Shown here: piece after piece, positions 31,183 to 40,483 of the stretch | How the letters are laid out: the number at the start of each line of letters is the position of its first letter | Numbering within the stretch: position 1 is the stretch's first letter | Assembly: GCA_033238645.1 (NCBI GenBank) | Contig: BQXR01000010.1 | Coordinates: 6,128 to 70,127, forward strand | Length of the DNA: 64,000 bases | Reading direction: 5' to 3' | Source: Thiomicrorhabdus sp. | GTDB taxonomy: Bacteria > Pseudomonadota > Gammaproteobacteria > Thiomicrospirales > Thiomicrospiraceae | Program-made: the position numbers and the translations under genes | Notes under the pieces: model-generated | Database searches by the model: none | Told to the model about the DNA's origin: nothing | What the model saw: the letters and a program-made list of their open reading frames with translations, nothing else

Positions 31183-32523
31183 ATGAAACCAGGCAAGCTA
31201 TTAATTGTGGATGATGAAAAAAACATCCGAGATTTAATGCAAGAAATTTTTGAAGAAGAGGGCTATCAAGTAGAGACGGCTGGTAATGGCGTACAAGCCA
31301 AAAATGCGTGGGAAAAAATGCTGCCAGATGTTATCTTTTTAGATATTTGGATGCCTGACATTGATGGTATTACGCTTTTAAAAGAGCTACAAGACACCCC
31401 AATTCTTGAACACGCTAAAGTCATTATGATGTCTGGTCACGGCACCATTGAAACAGCAATTGAAGCGACAAAGCTCGGTGCTTATGACTTTCTTGAAAAG
31501 CCGATCTCTTTAGCAAAACTGGTTGTCTCAGCTGAAAGAGCCATTGAGCATATCCGTCTGCATCAAGAAAACCGTCAGCTTAAACAGATGCAACCTGAAT
31601 CATTTCTACCCGTTGGTAAAAGTAAAAGTGTTGTTCAGTTGAGAGACACCATTGAACGCCTCTCTAAATTTACTATGCCGATTCTAATTTCGGGTGAGTC
31701 TGGCACTGGCAAACACTTTATTGCCAAGGCACTGCATAAAACCAGTCACCGTAAAGAGTTTCCTCTCGTTGAGATTTCATCAATTGATTTCAACCGTATG
31801 GTAGAAGAAAGTGAGCAAACCCTATTAAATAGCTTATTGCGTGAAGCGGATAATGGTACCTTAATACTCTCTCATTTAGAGCAGCTCATCCCCCCTGCTC
31901 AAAATATTTTAATGGATTTAATTCATCACCAAACATACCAATCCAGTAGCTCTACCGAGGTCATTTCACGAGATATACGTGTCATTGCGCTTACAAAAGA
32001 TGATTTAGAGGGTGCCGTTTTACACAACACATTCCGTGAAGATCTCTTTCAGCGTTTAAACGTGATGCCAATACAACTGCCAGCACTGAGACAGCATACT
32101 GAAGATATCCCTGATCTTGTTGATTTTTTTGTCAATCACTTTGTTACTCGTGAGGGCTTGGAGTATCGACATTTTAGTGTGCCTGCGCAGAATATCATGC
32201 GCCAGTATGGCTGGCCTGGCAACTTAAAAGAGTTACAGAACTTAGTTCAACGCCTACTCATTTTAGGCAATGAAGATGTGACTGATACTGAAATAAAAGC
32301 AGCCTTAATAAAAACAGAAAGTACTGCTGAACAAGGCGCTACAATAGATACGACTATTATCCTTAAAGAGGCTAAAGATCGTCTAGAAGGTGCTTATTTA
32401 AGCCAGCTACTGCGTGAAACTGGGGGGAATGTCTCTGAAACCGCAAAACGCTCAGGCATAGATAGAACCAATCTATACCGAAAGTTGAAAGCACTCGGTA
32501 TAGATCCTAAAAATCCCGTTTAA
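31183..32523 (+). CDS. NtrX-like response regulator (REC-degenerate AAA-Fis HTH)
   Basis: LDIWMPD receiver, GESGTGK, WPGNLKEL and C-terminal HTH; no GAFTGA motif. Confidence 0.88.
   Translation: MKPGKLLIVDDEKNIRDLMQEIFEEEGYQVETAGNGVQAKNAWEKMLPDVIFLDIWMPDIDGITLLKELQDTPILEHAKVIMMSGHGTIETAIEATKLGAYDFLEKPISLAKLVVSAERAIEHIRLHQENRQLKQMQPESFLPVGKSKSVVQLRDTIERLSKFTMPILISGESGTGKHFIAKALHKTSHRKEFPLVEISSIDFNRMVEESEQTLLNSLLREADNGTLILSHLEQLIPPAQNILMDLIHHQTYQSSSSTEVISRDIRVIALTKDDLEGAVLHNTFREDLFQRLNVMPIQLPALRQHTEDIPDLVDFFVNHFVTREGLEYRHFSVPAQNIMRQYGWPGNLKELQNLVQRLLILGNEDVTDTEIKAALIKTESTAEQGATIDTTIILKEAKDRLEGAYLSQLLRETGGNVSETAKRSGIDRTNLYRKLKALGIDPKNPV
31890..31905 (+). repeat. Polar motif copy (in ntrX-like gene)
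   Basis: C6-TGCTCAAAAT(ATTT), encoding PPAQNI. Confidence 0.8.
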
Positions 32524-32595
32524 CCCGCTAAGGTAGTGATGACTGTTCAGTATGTTTAGATTTGACTATAACCCGAATATAGAAGAGATTAGCCT

Positions 32596-33993
32596 ATGAA
32601 TATAGTAATCCTAGGGGCAGGACAAGTAGGTTCTTCTCTTGCAGAGCTACTTGCGCATGAGAACCATGACGTAACAGTCGTTGATATCAATAGCCTACAG
32701 CTACAGAGACTGCAAGACCGCTTAGATATTAGAACGATTTGCGGACACGCCTCCCATCCAGATATTCTGGCACAAACAGGTTTAGAAGAAGCAGATATGC
32801 TCATTGCCGCCACGCAGAATGATGAAACCAACATTCTTGCCTGCCAATTTGCCCACATCATGCATAAAACTGGGACTAAAATTGCCCGCGTACGTAGCCG
32901 CTCTTATTTAGATCACCCTGAGTTATTTAACAACGATCAAGGCACGGGAACCGTCCCTATTGATGTACTCATTAGTCCAGAGAGCCTAGTAACTGACTAT
33001 ATTATGCAGCTCATCGAATACCCTGGTTCACTTCAAGTCATTGACTTCTCCAAAGGCCGCGTGCGTTTGGTCGCCGTCCGTGCAGAGATTGATGGCCTAT
33101 TAGTTAATAAAGAGATTCGCTCACTAAAAGAGCATCTACCAGAAGATATCAAGACACGAATTGTTGCTATCTACCGCAGTGAAGAGATCGTGATGCCTAC
33201 TGGTGAAACCGTTATCAAAGCGGGTGATGAGGTCTTTTTCTTAGCCGAATCCCAGCATATATCAACCATCGTATCGGAATTACGCTGCCGAAAAGACAAG
33301 CCCTCCCGTAACATCATGATTGCGGGTGGGGGTAATATTGGTTTTAGCCTTGCACAAGCACTTGAAGATGATCACCAAGTAAAACTGATTGATCACAACA
33401 TTCAGCAGGCAAGAATCGTTGCTGAGACCTTAGACCATACAATTATTATTCATGGAGATGTCTCAGATAAAGATCTTTTATTAGAAGAGAATGTTGATGA
33501 TATTGATCTGTTTATTGCGGTCACCAACAGTGATGAGGCAAATATTATCTCTGGTATGTTGGCTAAAAAGCTCGGGGTTAAACGTGTCATTGCACTAGTA
33601 AATAACCAATCATATGTTGAGTTAATTCAACGTAACAGTATTGATATTGCGATCTCTGCAGATAGTATCACCACCAGCAACCTACTGCATTACATGCGTA
33701 TGGGTGATACGGTTAAAGCGGTTACTCTACGCCGCGGCGCAGCAGAAGCAATGGAAGTGATTGCACACGGTAGTGAGAATAGCTCACAGATTATTGGTAA
33801 AAAAATTGGTGATATTGAGTGGCCTGCAGATATTACCATCGGTTGCGTTATCAGAGAGGACGAGGTGATTATCGCCCATCAACAGCTCGAAATTGAGGCC
33901 GAAGACCACGTAATTCTCTTTTTATCTGAACGAAATAGTGCCGATGAGATTGCCAAGCTCTTCTCTCCTAAAGTAAAAAAGAAATGGTTCTAG
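32596..33993 (+). CDS. trkA: Trk system potassium transporter NAD-binding subunit
   Basis: Two RCK pairs (GAGQVG, GGGNIG); 465 aa. Confidence 0.95.
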   Translation: MNIVILGAGQVGSSLAELLAHENHDVTVVDINSLQLQRLQDRLDIRTICGHASHPDILAQTGLEEADMLIAATQNDETNILACQFAHIMHKTGTKIARVRSRSYLDHPELFNNDQGTGTVPIDVLISPESLVTDYIMQLIEYPGSLQVIDFSKGRVRLVAVRAEIDGLLVNKEIRSLKEHLPEDIKTRIVAIYRSEEIVMPTGETVIKAGDEVFFLAESQHISTIVSELRCRKDKPSRNIMIAGGGNIGFSLAQALEDDHQVKLIDHNIQQARIVAETLDHTIIIHGDVSDKDLLLEENVDDIDLFIAVTNSDEANIISGMLAKKLGVKRVIALVNNQSYVELIQRNSIDIAISADSITTSNLLHYMRMGDTVKAVTLRRGAAEAMEVIAHGSENSSQIIGKKIGDIEWPADITIGCVIREDEVIIAHQQLEIEAEDHVILFLSERNSADEIAKLFSPKVKKKWF

Positions 33994-34041
33994 CCAAGTT
34001 AGATTTTACAACCCCGCTAGATAAAGGATCAGTGCAGACTC

Positions 34042-35493
34042 ATGCATTCTAAAATAATTATAAAAGTGCTCGGCCTATTATTGATGGTATTCAGCTTAAG
34101 CTTGGTGCCACCGGTGTTAGTCGCCTTGTACTATCAAGATGGTGCACTCATTGCCTTTACGGATGTGCTTGTCGGCGTACTCGTATTAGGCCTACTACTC
34201 TGGTACCCCGTTCGTAAACACAAACAAGATTTAAAAATACGCGATGGTTTTCTGATTGTTGTCATGTTCTGGACGGTGCTGGGTTTTGTTGGGGCGCTGC
34301 CTTTTTATATCGAAAAAGAGATCCCGCTTAGCCTAACCGATGCTATCTTCGAATCGTTCTCTGGGCTAACCACCACAGGGGCAACCATTCTCAGTAATTT
34401 AGACACACTCCCACACTCAATTCTCTGGTATCGCCAACAACTGCAGTGGATGGGTGGAATGGGAATTATCGTTCTGGCCGTTGCCATCCTTCCAATGTTA
34501 GGCGTGGGAGGCATGCAACTATACAAGGCGGAGACACCTGGCCCCGTTAAAGATTCAAAAATTGCCCCTAGAATTTCAGAAACGGCTAAAGCGCTCTGGT
34601 ATATCTACGCGGGTTTAACACTCGCTTGTGCAATTGCATACTGGTGGGCGGGTATGGGTTGGTTTGATGCCTTTAGCCACAGTTTTTCAACCGTTGCTAT
34701 TGGTGGTTTCTCAACGCATGATGCCAGTATTGGTTATTTTGACAGTGTACATATTGAAGGGGTTGCAATCTTGTTCATGTTTCTTTCAGGCATTAACTTT
34801 GCACTGCACTTTTCTGCATTTAGACAGCTAAATGGCTTTGCATATTTTTGCGATCCAGAGTTTAAGGCCTACTTATTTATTCTAATTGCAGGCATCATTG
34901 TTGCTGTTAGTTATCTCTATCTACAGCAGATCTATCCAACCATTGAAGAGGCTATTCGTTATGGTTTGTTTCAAACTGTCTCCATAGCGACCACGACGGG
35001 CTTTGCTAATACCGACTTCTCTGTATGGCCAAGTTTTCTACCAATCATGCTTATCCTGATGAGCTTTGTGGGGGGCTGTGCGGGTTCAACGGCAGGCGGC
35101 ATGAAAACCATTCGTTTTGTTCTGCTCTTTAAGCAGGGAATGCGTGAAATTAAAGGCCTGCTACACCCCAATGCGATATTGCCCGTCAAACTCAATGGTA
35201 AGTCTATTCCTGAAAAAATCATGACCGCTGTTTGGGGCTTCTTCTCTATCTATATCTTTACCTTCGCCATCTTAATGTTAATGATCATGGCATTGGGTGT
35301 AGATCAAGTAACTGCCTTCTCTTCGATTGCCGCCATGATGAATAACCTCGGCCCTGGTTTAGGGGAGGTTGCAGCTAACTATCAATCGATGAGTGACCCT
35401 GTTAAATGGATTTTAACCTTCGCCATGTTATTAGGCCGTCTAGAAATATTTACCTTACTCGTTCTCTTTACTGCTGCTTTCTGGCGTAAATAG
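34042..35493 (+). CDS. trkH: Trk system potassium uptake membrane protein
   Basis: SGLTTTG, TTTGF and GGCAGST pore motifs. Confidence 0.95.
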   Translation: MHSKIIIKVLGLLLMVFSLSLVPPVLVALYYQDGALIAFTDVLVGVLVLGLLLWYPVRKHKQDLKIRDGFLIVVMFWTVLGFVGALPFYIEKEIPLSLTDAIFESFSGLTTTGATILSNLDTLPHSILWYRQQLQWMGGMGIIVLAVAILPMLGVGGMQLYKAETPGPVKDSKIAPRISETAKALWYIYAGLTLACAIAYWWAGMGWFDAFSHSFSTVAIGGFSTHDASIGYFDSVHIEGVAILFMFLSGINFALHFSAFRQLNGFAYFCDPEFKAYLFILIAGIIVAVSYLYLQQIYPTIEEAIRYGLFQTVSIATTTGFANTDFSVWPSFLPIMLILMSFVGGCAGSTAGGMKTIRFVLLFKQGMREIKGLLHPNAILPVKLNGKSIPEKIMTAVWGFFSIYIFTFAILMLMIMALGVDQVTAFSSIAAMMNNLGPGLGEVAANYQSMSDPVKWILTFAMLLGRLEIFTLLVLFTAAFWRK

Positions 35494-35518
35494 ACATTGG
35501 AATCTTGAACCACTATTT

Positions 35519-36106
35519 ATGAGCACTACAACCGCACAAAAATGGGATGCTAAATATCAGTCAGCCGCCCTACAGACCCCTGCCAATCCATGTTATGTTC
35601 TTAAACAACATAGTCGCCTTCTACCTTTTAAAGGCCAAGCCCTTGAGCTTGCTTGTGGCTTGGGCGGCAATGCCCGCTTTTTAGCACAGTGTGGTTTCAA
35701 AACCCATGCTTGGGATATCTCCGATAATGCCTTAACTATTTTGAATAACTGGGCAAATCTAAACCAACTACCGATAGAACCACTTATTACAGATTTGGAG
35801 CAGATGATTCTGCCTTATCAACAGTTTGATGTGATTGTCATTAGCCGATATTTAGATCGTAGCCTTTTTGCGGATATTGAGAACGCTCTGAAACCCAACG
35901 GCCTACTTTTCTATCAAACCTTTTTAGGCCCTGTGCAAGACAACGCCCCAAGCAACCCAAGTTTTTACAGTCAAACGGGTGAGTTCAATCATGCGTGGCC
36001 AAAACTAAAGACGGAGATCTATGGCGAGGGCTGGTTAACAGGTGAAAATGACAGTGCCTCTAGTAACAAACACCGTTACGCTTGGTACGTTGGCCGTAAA
36101 TTTTAA
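35519..36106 (+). CDS. Class I SAM-dependent methyltransferase (TehB-like)
   Basis: LELACGLGGNA motif I and AWDIS. Confidence 0.8.
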   Translation: MSTTTAQKWDAKYQSAALQTPANPCYVLKQHSRLLPFKGQALELACGLGGNARFLAQCGFKTHAWDISDNALTILNNWANLNQLPIEPLITDLEQMILPYQQFDVIVISRYLDRSLFADIENALKPNGLLFYQTFLGPVQDNAPSNPSFYSQTGEFNHAWPKLKTEIYGEGWLTGENDSASSNKHRYAWYVGRKF

Positions 36107-37039
36107 ATGATCCAATCCTTAAAGCAGCACCCTTACGCAATGGGTTTTCTACTCGCCATAATCGGTACCGCGCTCTTCTCTCTAAAATCTATCTTTATCA
36201 AACTCGCTTATATTGAAGGGTTAAATGCCGACAGTGTTTTAATGGTGCGTATGGCTATCGCGCTACCGATCTATCTGGTGATTCTAGCCTGGTTGATAAA
36301 AACCAAACCGATACCAGAGTGCCTCTCTTCTAAACTACTCAAGATCACTCTGTTAGGCTTTATCGGCTACTACCTTAGTTCATGGCTCGATCTTAAAGGA
36401 TTGGAGATGATCTCTGCACAGCTAGAGCGATTGACCCTTTTCACCTATCCCATACTGGTGGCAATTTTAGGGGCACTGTTTTTCAATACGCCTTTAACCC
36501 GAAAAATCATTCTAGCGTTGATTGTGACTTATGTAGGGCTGGTAATTGTCTTTATGCAGGAGTTATCACTCTCAGGAGAGAATGTGCCCCTAGGAATACT
36601 ACTGGTCTTCTTAGCAGCCTTAAGCTTCTCTTTCTATGTGCTATTTGGTAAAAACCTGATACAGCAGATCGGTAGCCTCTGGTTTACCAGTCTCGCTATG
36701 AGTGTATCCAGTGCGTTTGTGCTTATTCATTTTGCTATCATTGGTGATTTTGACAATCTGCATATCAGCAACCTAGCATGGCTGTGGCTAGTACTGCTAG
36801 CAGTTGTCAGTACCGTAATTCCCAGCTTTATGATCAGTGAAGCCATTCACAGAATAGGCCCTGCGCAGACGGGTATTATTGGTATTCTTGGACCCATAAT
36901 GACCATGGGACTTGCCATCTATCTATTGAATGAAGTCTTTACCATTTGGCATCTATTAGGTATGTGTCTAGTGATTGGTGGCGTGGCGATTCTGACTATT
37001 AAGAAGAATCCTTTTCACTACCTTAAAAAGATCAAATAA
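36107..37039 (+). CDS. DMT/EamA family transporter
   Basis: Ten TM segments in two EamA repeats. Confidence 0.88.
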   Translation: MIQSLKQHPYAMGFLLAIIGTALFSLKSIFIKLAYIEGLNADSVLMVRMAIALPIYLVILAWLIKTKPIPECLSSKLLKITLLGFIGYYLSSWLDLKGLEMISAQLERLTLFTYPILVAILGALFFNTPLTRKIILALIVTYVGLVIVFMQELSLSGENVPLGILLVFLAALSFSFYVLFGKNLIQQIGSLWFTSLAMSVSSAFVLIHFAIIGDFDNLHISNLAWLWLVLLAVVSTVIPSFMISEAIHRIGPAQTGIIGILGPIMTMGLAIYLLNEVFTIWHLLGMCLVIGGVAILTIKKNPFHYLKKIK

Positions 37040-37044
37040 AGTTT

Positions 37045-37064
37045 CCCCCCCCCCTGCTCAAAAT
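37045..37064 (+). repeat. Polar motif copy (intergenic, after eamA)
   Basis: C10-TGCTCAAAAT(ATTT); 20 bp are identical to the coding copy at 31890. Confidence 0.8.
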
Positions 37065-37181
37065 ATTTGATGGGGTTTTGAATGCTTATTAAATACTTCA
37101 AAACAGGGTGAAAGCGGGATAAATAGTGAAATAGGCCGTATTTTCTTGTTAGATCCTATGAAAGGGGGATAGAGAGAAGAG

Positions 37182-38114
37182 TTATTTAGCTTTATAGATG
37201 TCTTCGACACCTGCTGGTGGATGACGGTAGCGTTTGTAAGCCCAAAGATATTGTTCAGTTGCCAACTCAATACAAGACTGTACCCCACTGTTCAAAGCCG
37301 TTGTCGCTTGCAGCTCATCTTCACTCGCAATATCTGGGTCTGCTGGCAGGTAGTGCACACAGAAACCTTGCACATCAGGCAGACGTTTGACCACCATAAA
37401 GAGAAACGCACAATCTGTCTTTTGAATTAACTTGCTGACCAAGGTCATGGTTCTAGCAGGACGGTTATAGAATGGCGCAAAAACACCACCAGACTCACCA
37501 GGATCTTGATCAGGAAGAATCACCGTCACCTCTCTATTTTTTAGTGCTTTGATCAAGGTGCGCACACCTCGAATATCGGTTGGAGCCAACTTTCCACCAA
37601 AACGAGAACGTGCTTTAACCATAAAAGATTCTACCGAGGGTACATTCGGCGGTCTATAGAGAAAAGAGGATGGGTACTGAGTTGAGATCACTGGCACGGC
37701 CATCTCCCAATTGCCCATATGCGGTACTAGAAAGATGATACCTTTGTTTTTTGCCAAAGCCTCGTCAACCAGCTCTTGACCCTTAACCTCTTTGATTAAA
37801 CCATTTAATTCACTCTGTCTCCAGCACCAGACAGGGCCAAACTCAGCGGTCGTTTTACCTGACTCAAGCAGTGTCTGCTTAACCAACTGATTCTGTTCAG
37901 CCAAGCTTAGGTTGGGATAAACCGCTTGTAGGTTCTTTTTAACGATAGACTTGGTACTACTTGGCAACCAATACAGCAGGTAGCCAATTGCTATACCAAC
38001 CACCTGAACCATTCGATAAGGCATCCAGCTAAATATCTGTACCAAACCTTTTAGCAGAGCACCCGCCCAAACTTGTTGATTCTCTTGCTCTACTTGTGGA
38101 CTCTTCTTGCTCAC
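37182..38114 (-). CDS. lpxL: Lipid A biosynthesis acyltransferase (LpxL/HtrB family)
   Basis: PHMGNWE, LPDQDP, APFY and QYLWAYKRY motifs. Confidence 0.85.
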   Translation of the reverse strand: MSKKSPQVEQENQQVWAGALLKGLVQIFSWMPYRMVQVVGIAIGYLLYWLPSSTKSIVKKNLQAVYPNLSLAEQNQLVKQTLLESGKTTAEFGPVWCWRQSELNGLIKEVKGQELVDEALAKNKGIIFLVPHMGNWEMAVPVISTQYPSSFLYRPPNVPSVESFMVKARSRFGGKLAPTDIRGVRTLIKALKNREVTVILPDQDPGESGGVFAPFYNRPARTMTLVSKLIQKTDCAFLFMVVKRLPDVQGFCVHYLPADPDIASEDELQATTALNSGVQSCIELATEQYLWAYKRYRHPPAGVEDIYKAK

Positions 38115-38126
38115 AAAAAACCTGCT

Positions 38127-38660
38127 TTATTTACTTTTTGGCTCGGCATAAGGGTTATTGGTAAAGGTAATCTCGATCACTTTGCCTAAGTTAGTTGAAG
38201 ATACCTCAGCCTCTTCATACTCATAAGCCTTAGCTTCACCTGAACGATCGATTTTTAAATCAGTAAAATTAAATAGTTTAGGATCACACAACTGACTTGG
38301 TGCAATATCCTTCATAGAGCCAAAGATATTCTCAACACGTCCAGGGGTATCCTCATCCCACTCACTCACTCAACATTGCTTTAACATTTTGTCTTTGTAA
38401 GTTGTCTTGAGAACCACAAAGGTTACAAGGGATAATTGGAAAGTCGTTCATACTTGCATAAGCAGCAATATCTTTTTCACAGCAATTGGCCAGCGGACGA
38501 ATTATGATATTACGCTTGTCATCACTGGGTAACTTTGGCGGCATGGCTTTTAATTTACTGTTGAAAAACATACTCAAAAAAGTGTTTCGACAATATCATC
38601 CATATGATGACCTAGTGCAATTTTAATTGCACCAATCTTCTCCGCAAAAGAGTACAAAGT
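38127..38660 (-). pseudogene. ttcA: 3' remnant of ttcA with two frameshifts
   Basis: Begins mid-gene at [22 protein letters not shown]. One T is missing in the run at 38576-38581 and there is an extra GAGT unit at 38360-38372. ORF-track ORFs 38362-38577 and 38127-38369 are its pieces. Confidence 0.92.
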
Positions 38661-38671
38661 TATTTAGATGA

Positions 38672-39580
38672 CTATTCTTTATTAATGACTGGAATATTAA
38701 CACCAACTTCATAGGAATTTGAAAAGTTCGTTGTTGAAATCACTGCATCCTCGTACTCATATACCTTTGCTTCACCAGTTCTATCAATCTTTAAGTTTTT
38801 AAAATCAAACAATTCTGTATCACATAATTGACTAGGAGCCACATTCCTTAGGCTATTAAAAATAGTTTCTATTCGCCCAGGTGAGGTTCTATCCCATTCA
38901 CTAATCATTGCCTTAACATTTTGCCTTTGGAGATTATCTTGAGAGCCGCACAAATTGCAAGGAATAATCGGAAACTCCTTAACTTCTGCATATTGAACAA
39001 TAGCCTTTTCCCTGCAATAAGCTAAAGGCCTGATCACAACATTACGCTTATCATCACTTAATAGTTTCGGAGGCATTGATTTTAGCTTGCCGTTAAAGAA
39101 CATTGACAAAAATAGAGTTTCAACTATGTCATCCATATGATGACCTAATGCAATTTTCGTTGCACCAATCTTTTCAGCAAATCCATAAAGGGTTCCTCTA
39201 CGTAGCCTTGAACACAATCCACAAGTTGTTTTACCCTCAGGCACTTTTTCTTTTACTACAGAGTATGTATCTTTATCAATAATGTAATAAGGAACACCAA
39301 GCTTTTCTAAATAATTTGGTAAAATTTCTTCGGGAAATCCAGGTTGCTTTTGGTCGAGATTTACAGCAATAACTTCAAAGTTAATGGGGGCTGTTTGTTT
39401 AAAATAAAGAAGAATGTCGAGCATTGCAAAACTATCTTTTCCACCACTCAAACATGTCATCACGACATCACCATCTTCAATCATAGAATAATCAGCAATC
39501 GCCTTACCCACACTACCCCTAATTTTTTTTCTTAATCGATTGAATGTGTAATCAACTTGATCAAATCCTTTTTCGCCCAT
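38672..39580 (-). CDS. ttcA: tRNA 2-thiocytidine(32) synthetase TtcA (intact)
   Basis: SGGKDS PP-loop, CGLC, GHHMDD and CNLC motifs. Confidence 0.96.
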   Translation of the reverse strand: MGEKGFDQVDYTFNRLRKKIRGSVGKAIADYSMIEDGDVVMTCLSGGKDSFAMLDILLYFKQTAPINFEVIAVNLDQKQPGFPEEILPNYLEKLGVPYYIIDKDTYSVVKEKVPEGKTTCGLCSRLRRGTLYGFAEKIGATKIALGHHMDDIVETLFLSMFFNGKLKSMPPKLLSDDKRNVVIRPLAYCREKAIVQYAEVKEFPIIPCNLCGSQDNLQRQNVKAMISEWDRTSPGRIETIFNSLRNVAPSQLCDTELFDFKNLKIDRTGEAKVYEYEDAVISTTNFSNSYEVGVNIPVINKE

Positions 39581-39689
39581 TATTACTCTACTCTATAAAT
39601 ATTTGAAGCCAACTATTATCTCACATGTCCATAAAGTATAAACAAAGTTAATTTTAGAATTGTCAATCGCTATTAATTTTATTCACTCA

Positions 39690-40130
39690 GGCGCACCATC
39701 AATAAAAGCTTTATATAATCCAACATCTAATCTAGGACTCGATGAGAAACAGTTTTACGCTTTAGAATCATTGGTTTTTTATGCATGATCTCTACTACGT
39801 CATCACGATAAGGTAGCTTATCAGTAAATAGATAGATTGAGATTAACTTTTTAACCTTCTATTGATCAAGACCAAAATCAGAAACAATCGAATTGAGTCC
39901 ATCTCCTCTACTTGCACGGAAGGCAACACCACCAGTGCTGCTTGACCATAAGAACGCGTTAAACGACCCGCACCTAACTTAATGCCTCCAATAAAGTTGC
40001 TAAAAAAGAACATGCTGCCATCCCCAATACATTGGCACTTAACATGCGAATTCAAACACTATAAAACGTCCTCTTTTTATTAAAAAATCGGTGGTTTTTA
40101 ATCAGAGAAAAGGTTCGAGTACTTGGGAGG
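39690..40130 (-). pseudogene. yigZ: Degenerate YigZ/IMPACT-family gene
   Basis: Fragments in different frames: LIKRGRFIVF (cf. IKKSRFI), GGIKLGAGRLTRSYG (cf. GGIKLGxGGLVRAY) and DFGLDQ*KVKKLI...YRDDVVEI. Ends are approximate. Confidence 0.6.
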
Positions 40131-40224
40131 AAAAAATTCTTTCTGAACTTCTTATTTATTCAACTAAGGCATAGTAATAAGTAGATCTGCCAGCCGCTGC
40201 TATTCAGACCAAAGTTTGCGGCAA

Positions 40225-40450
40225 ATGTTAGACAGAGTTACAAATTGTGGTCAGTGTTTTTTTGAAAATCTAGGTTTAGATAAGTTATTAAGGTTTTTTC
40301 GGTACCTTTTTGTTTCTGTACTTTTATTTACATGACTGATTATTTCTTCGGTTGCCTTTCAGCAAAGTTAAAATTCCGTTGTGGTGGATTAAGTCACGAG
40401 TATTTATGACGAAGATACATTTCGAGTCACAATCAAAGGTTGCTCTTCTA
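40225..40450 (+). pseudogene. Truncated secreted thermonuclease (SNase-like) remnant
   Basis: One frame reads a hydrophobic signal-like stretch and then SVVVD*VTSIYDEDTFRVTIKG (40393-40440), resembling the SNase N-terminal YDxDT motif. It has in-frame stops and ends just before merA. Confidence 0.45.
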
Positions 40451-40483
40451 ATTATAGGGCAACGAGTTTACATTAAAAAAATA

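Noticed and set aside
38127-38577. Two small independent genes (80 aa and 71 aa)
   Set aside because: Both are consecutive frameshifted pieces of one ttcA remnant.
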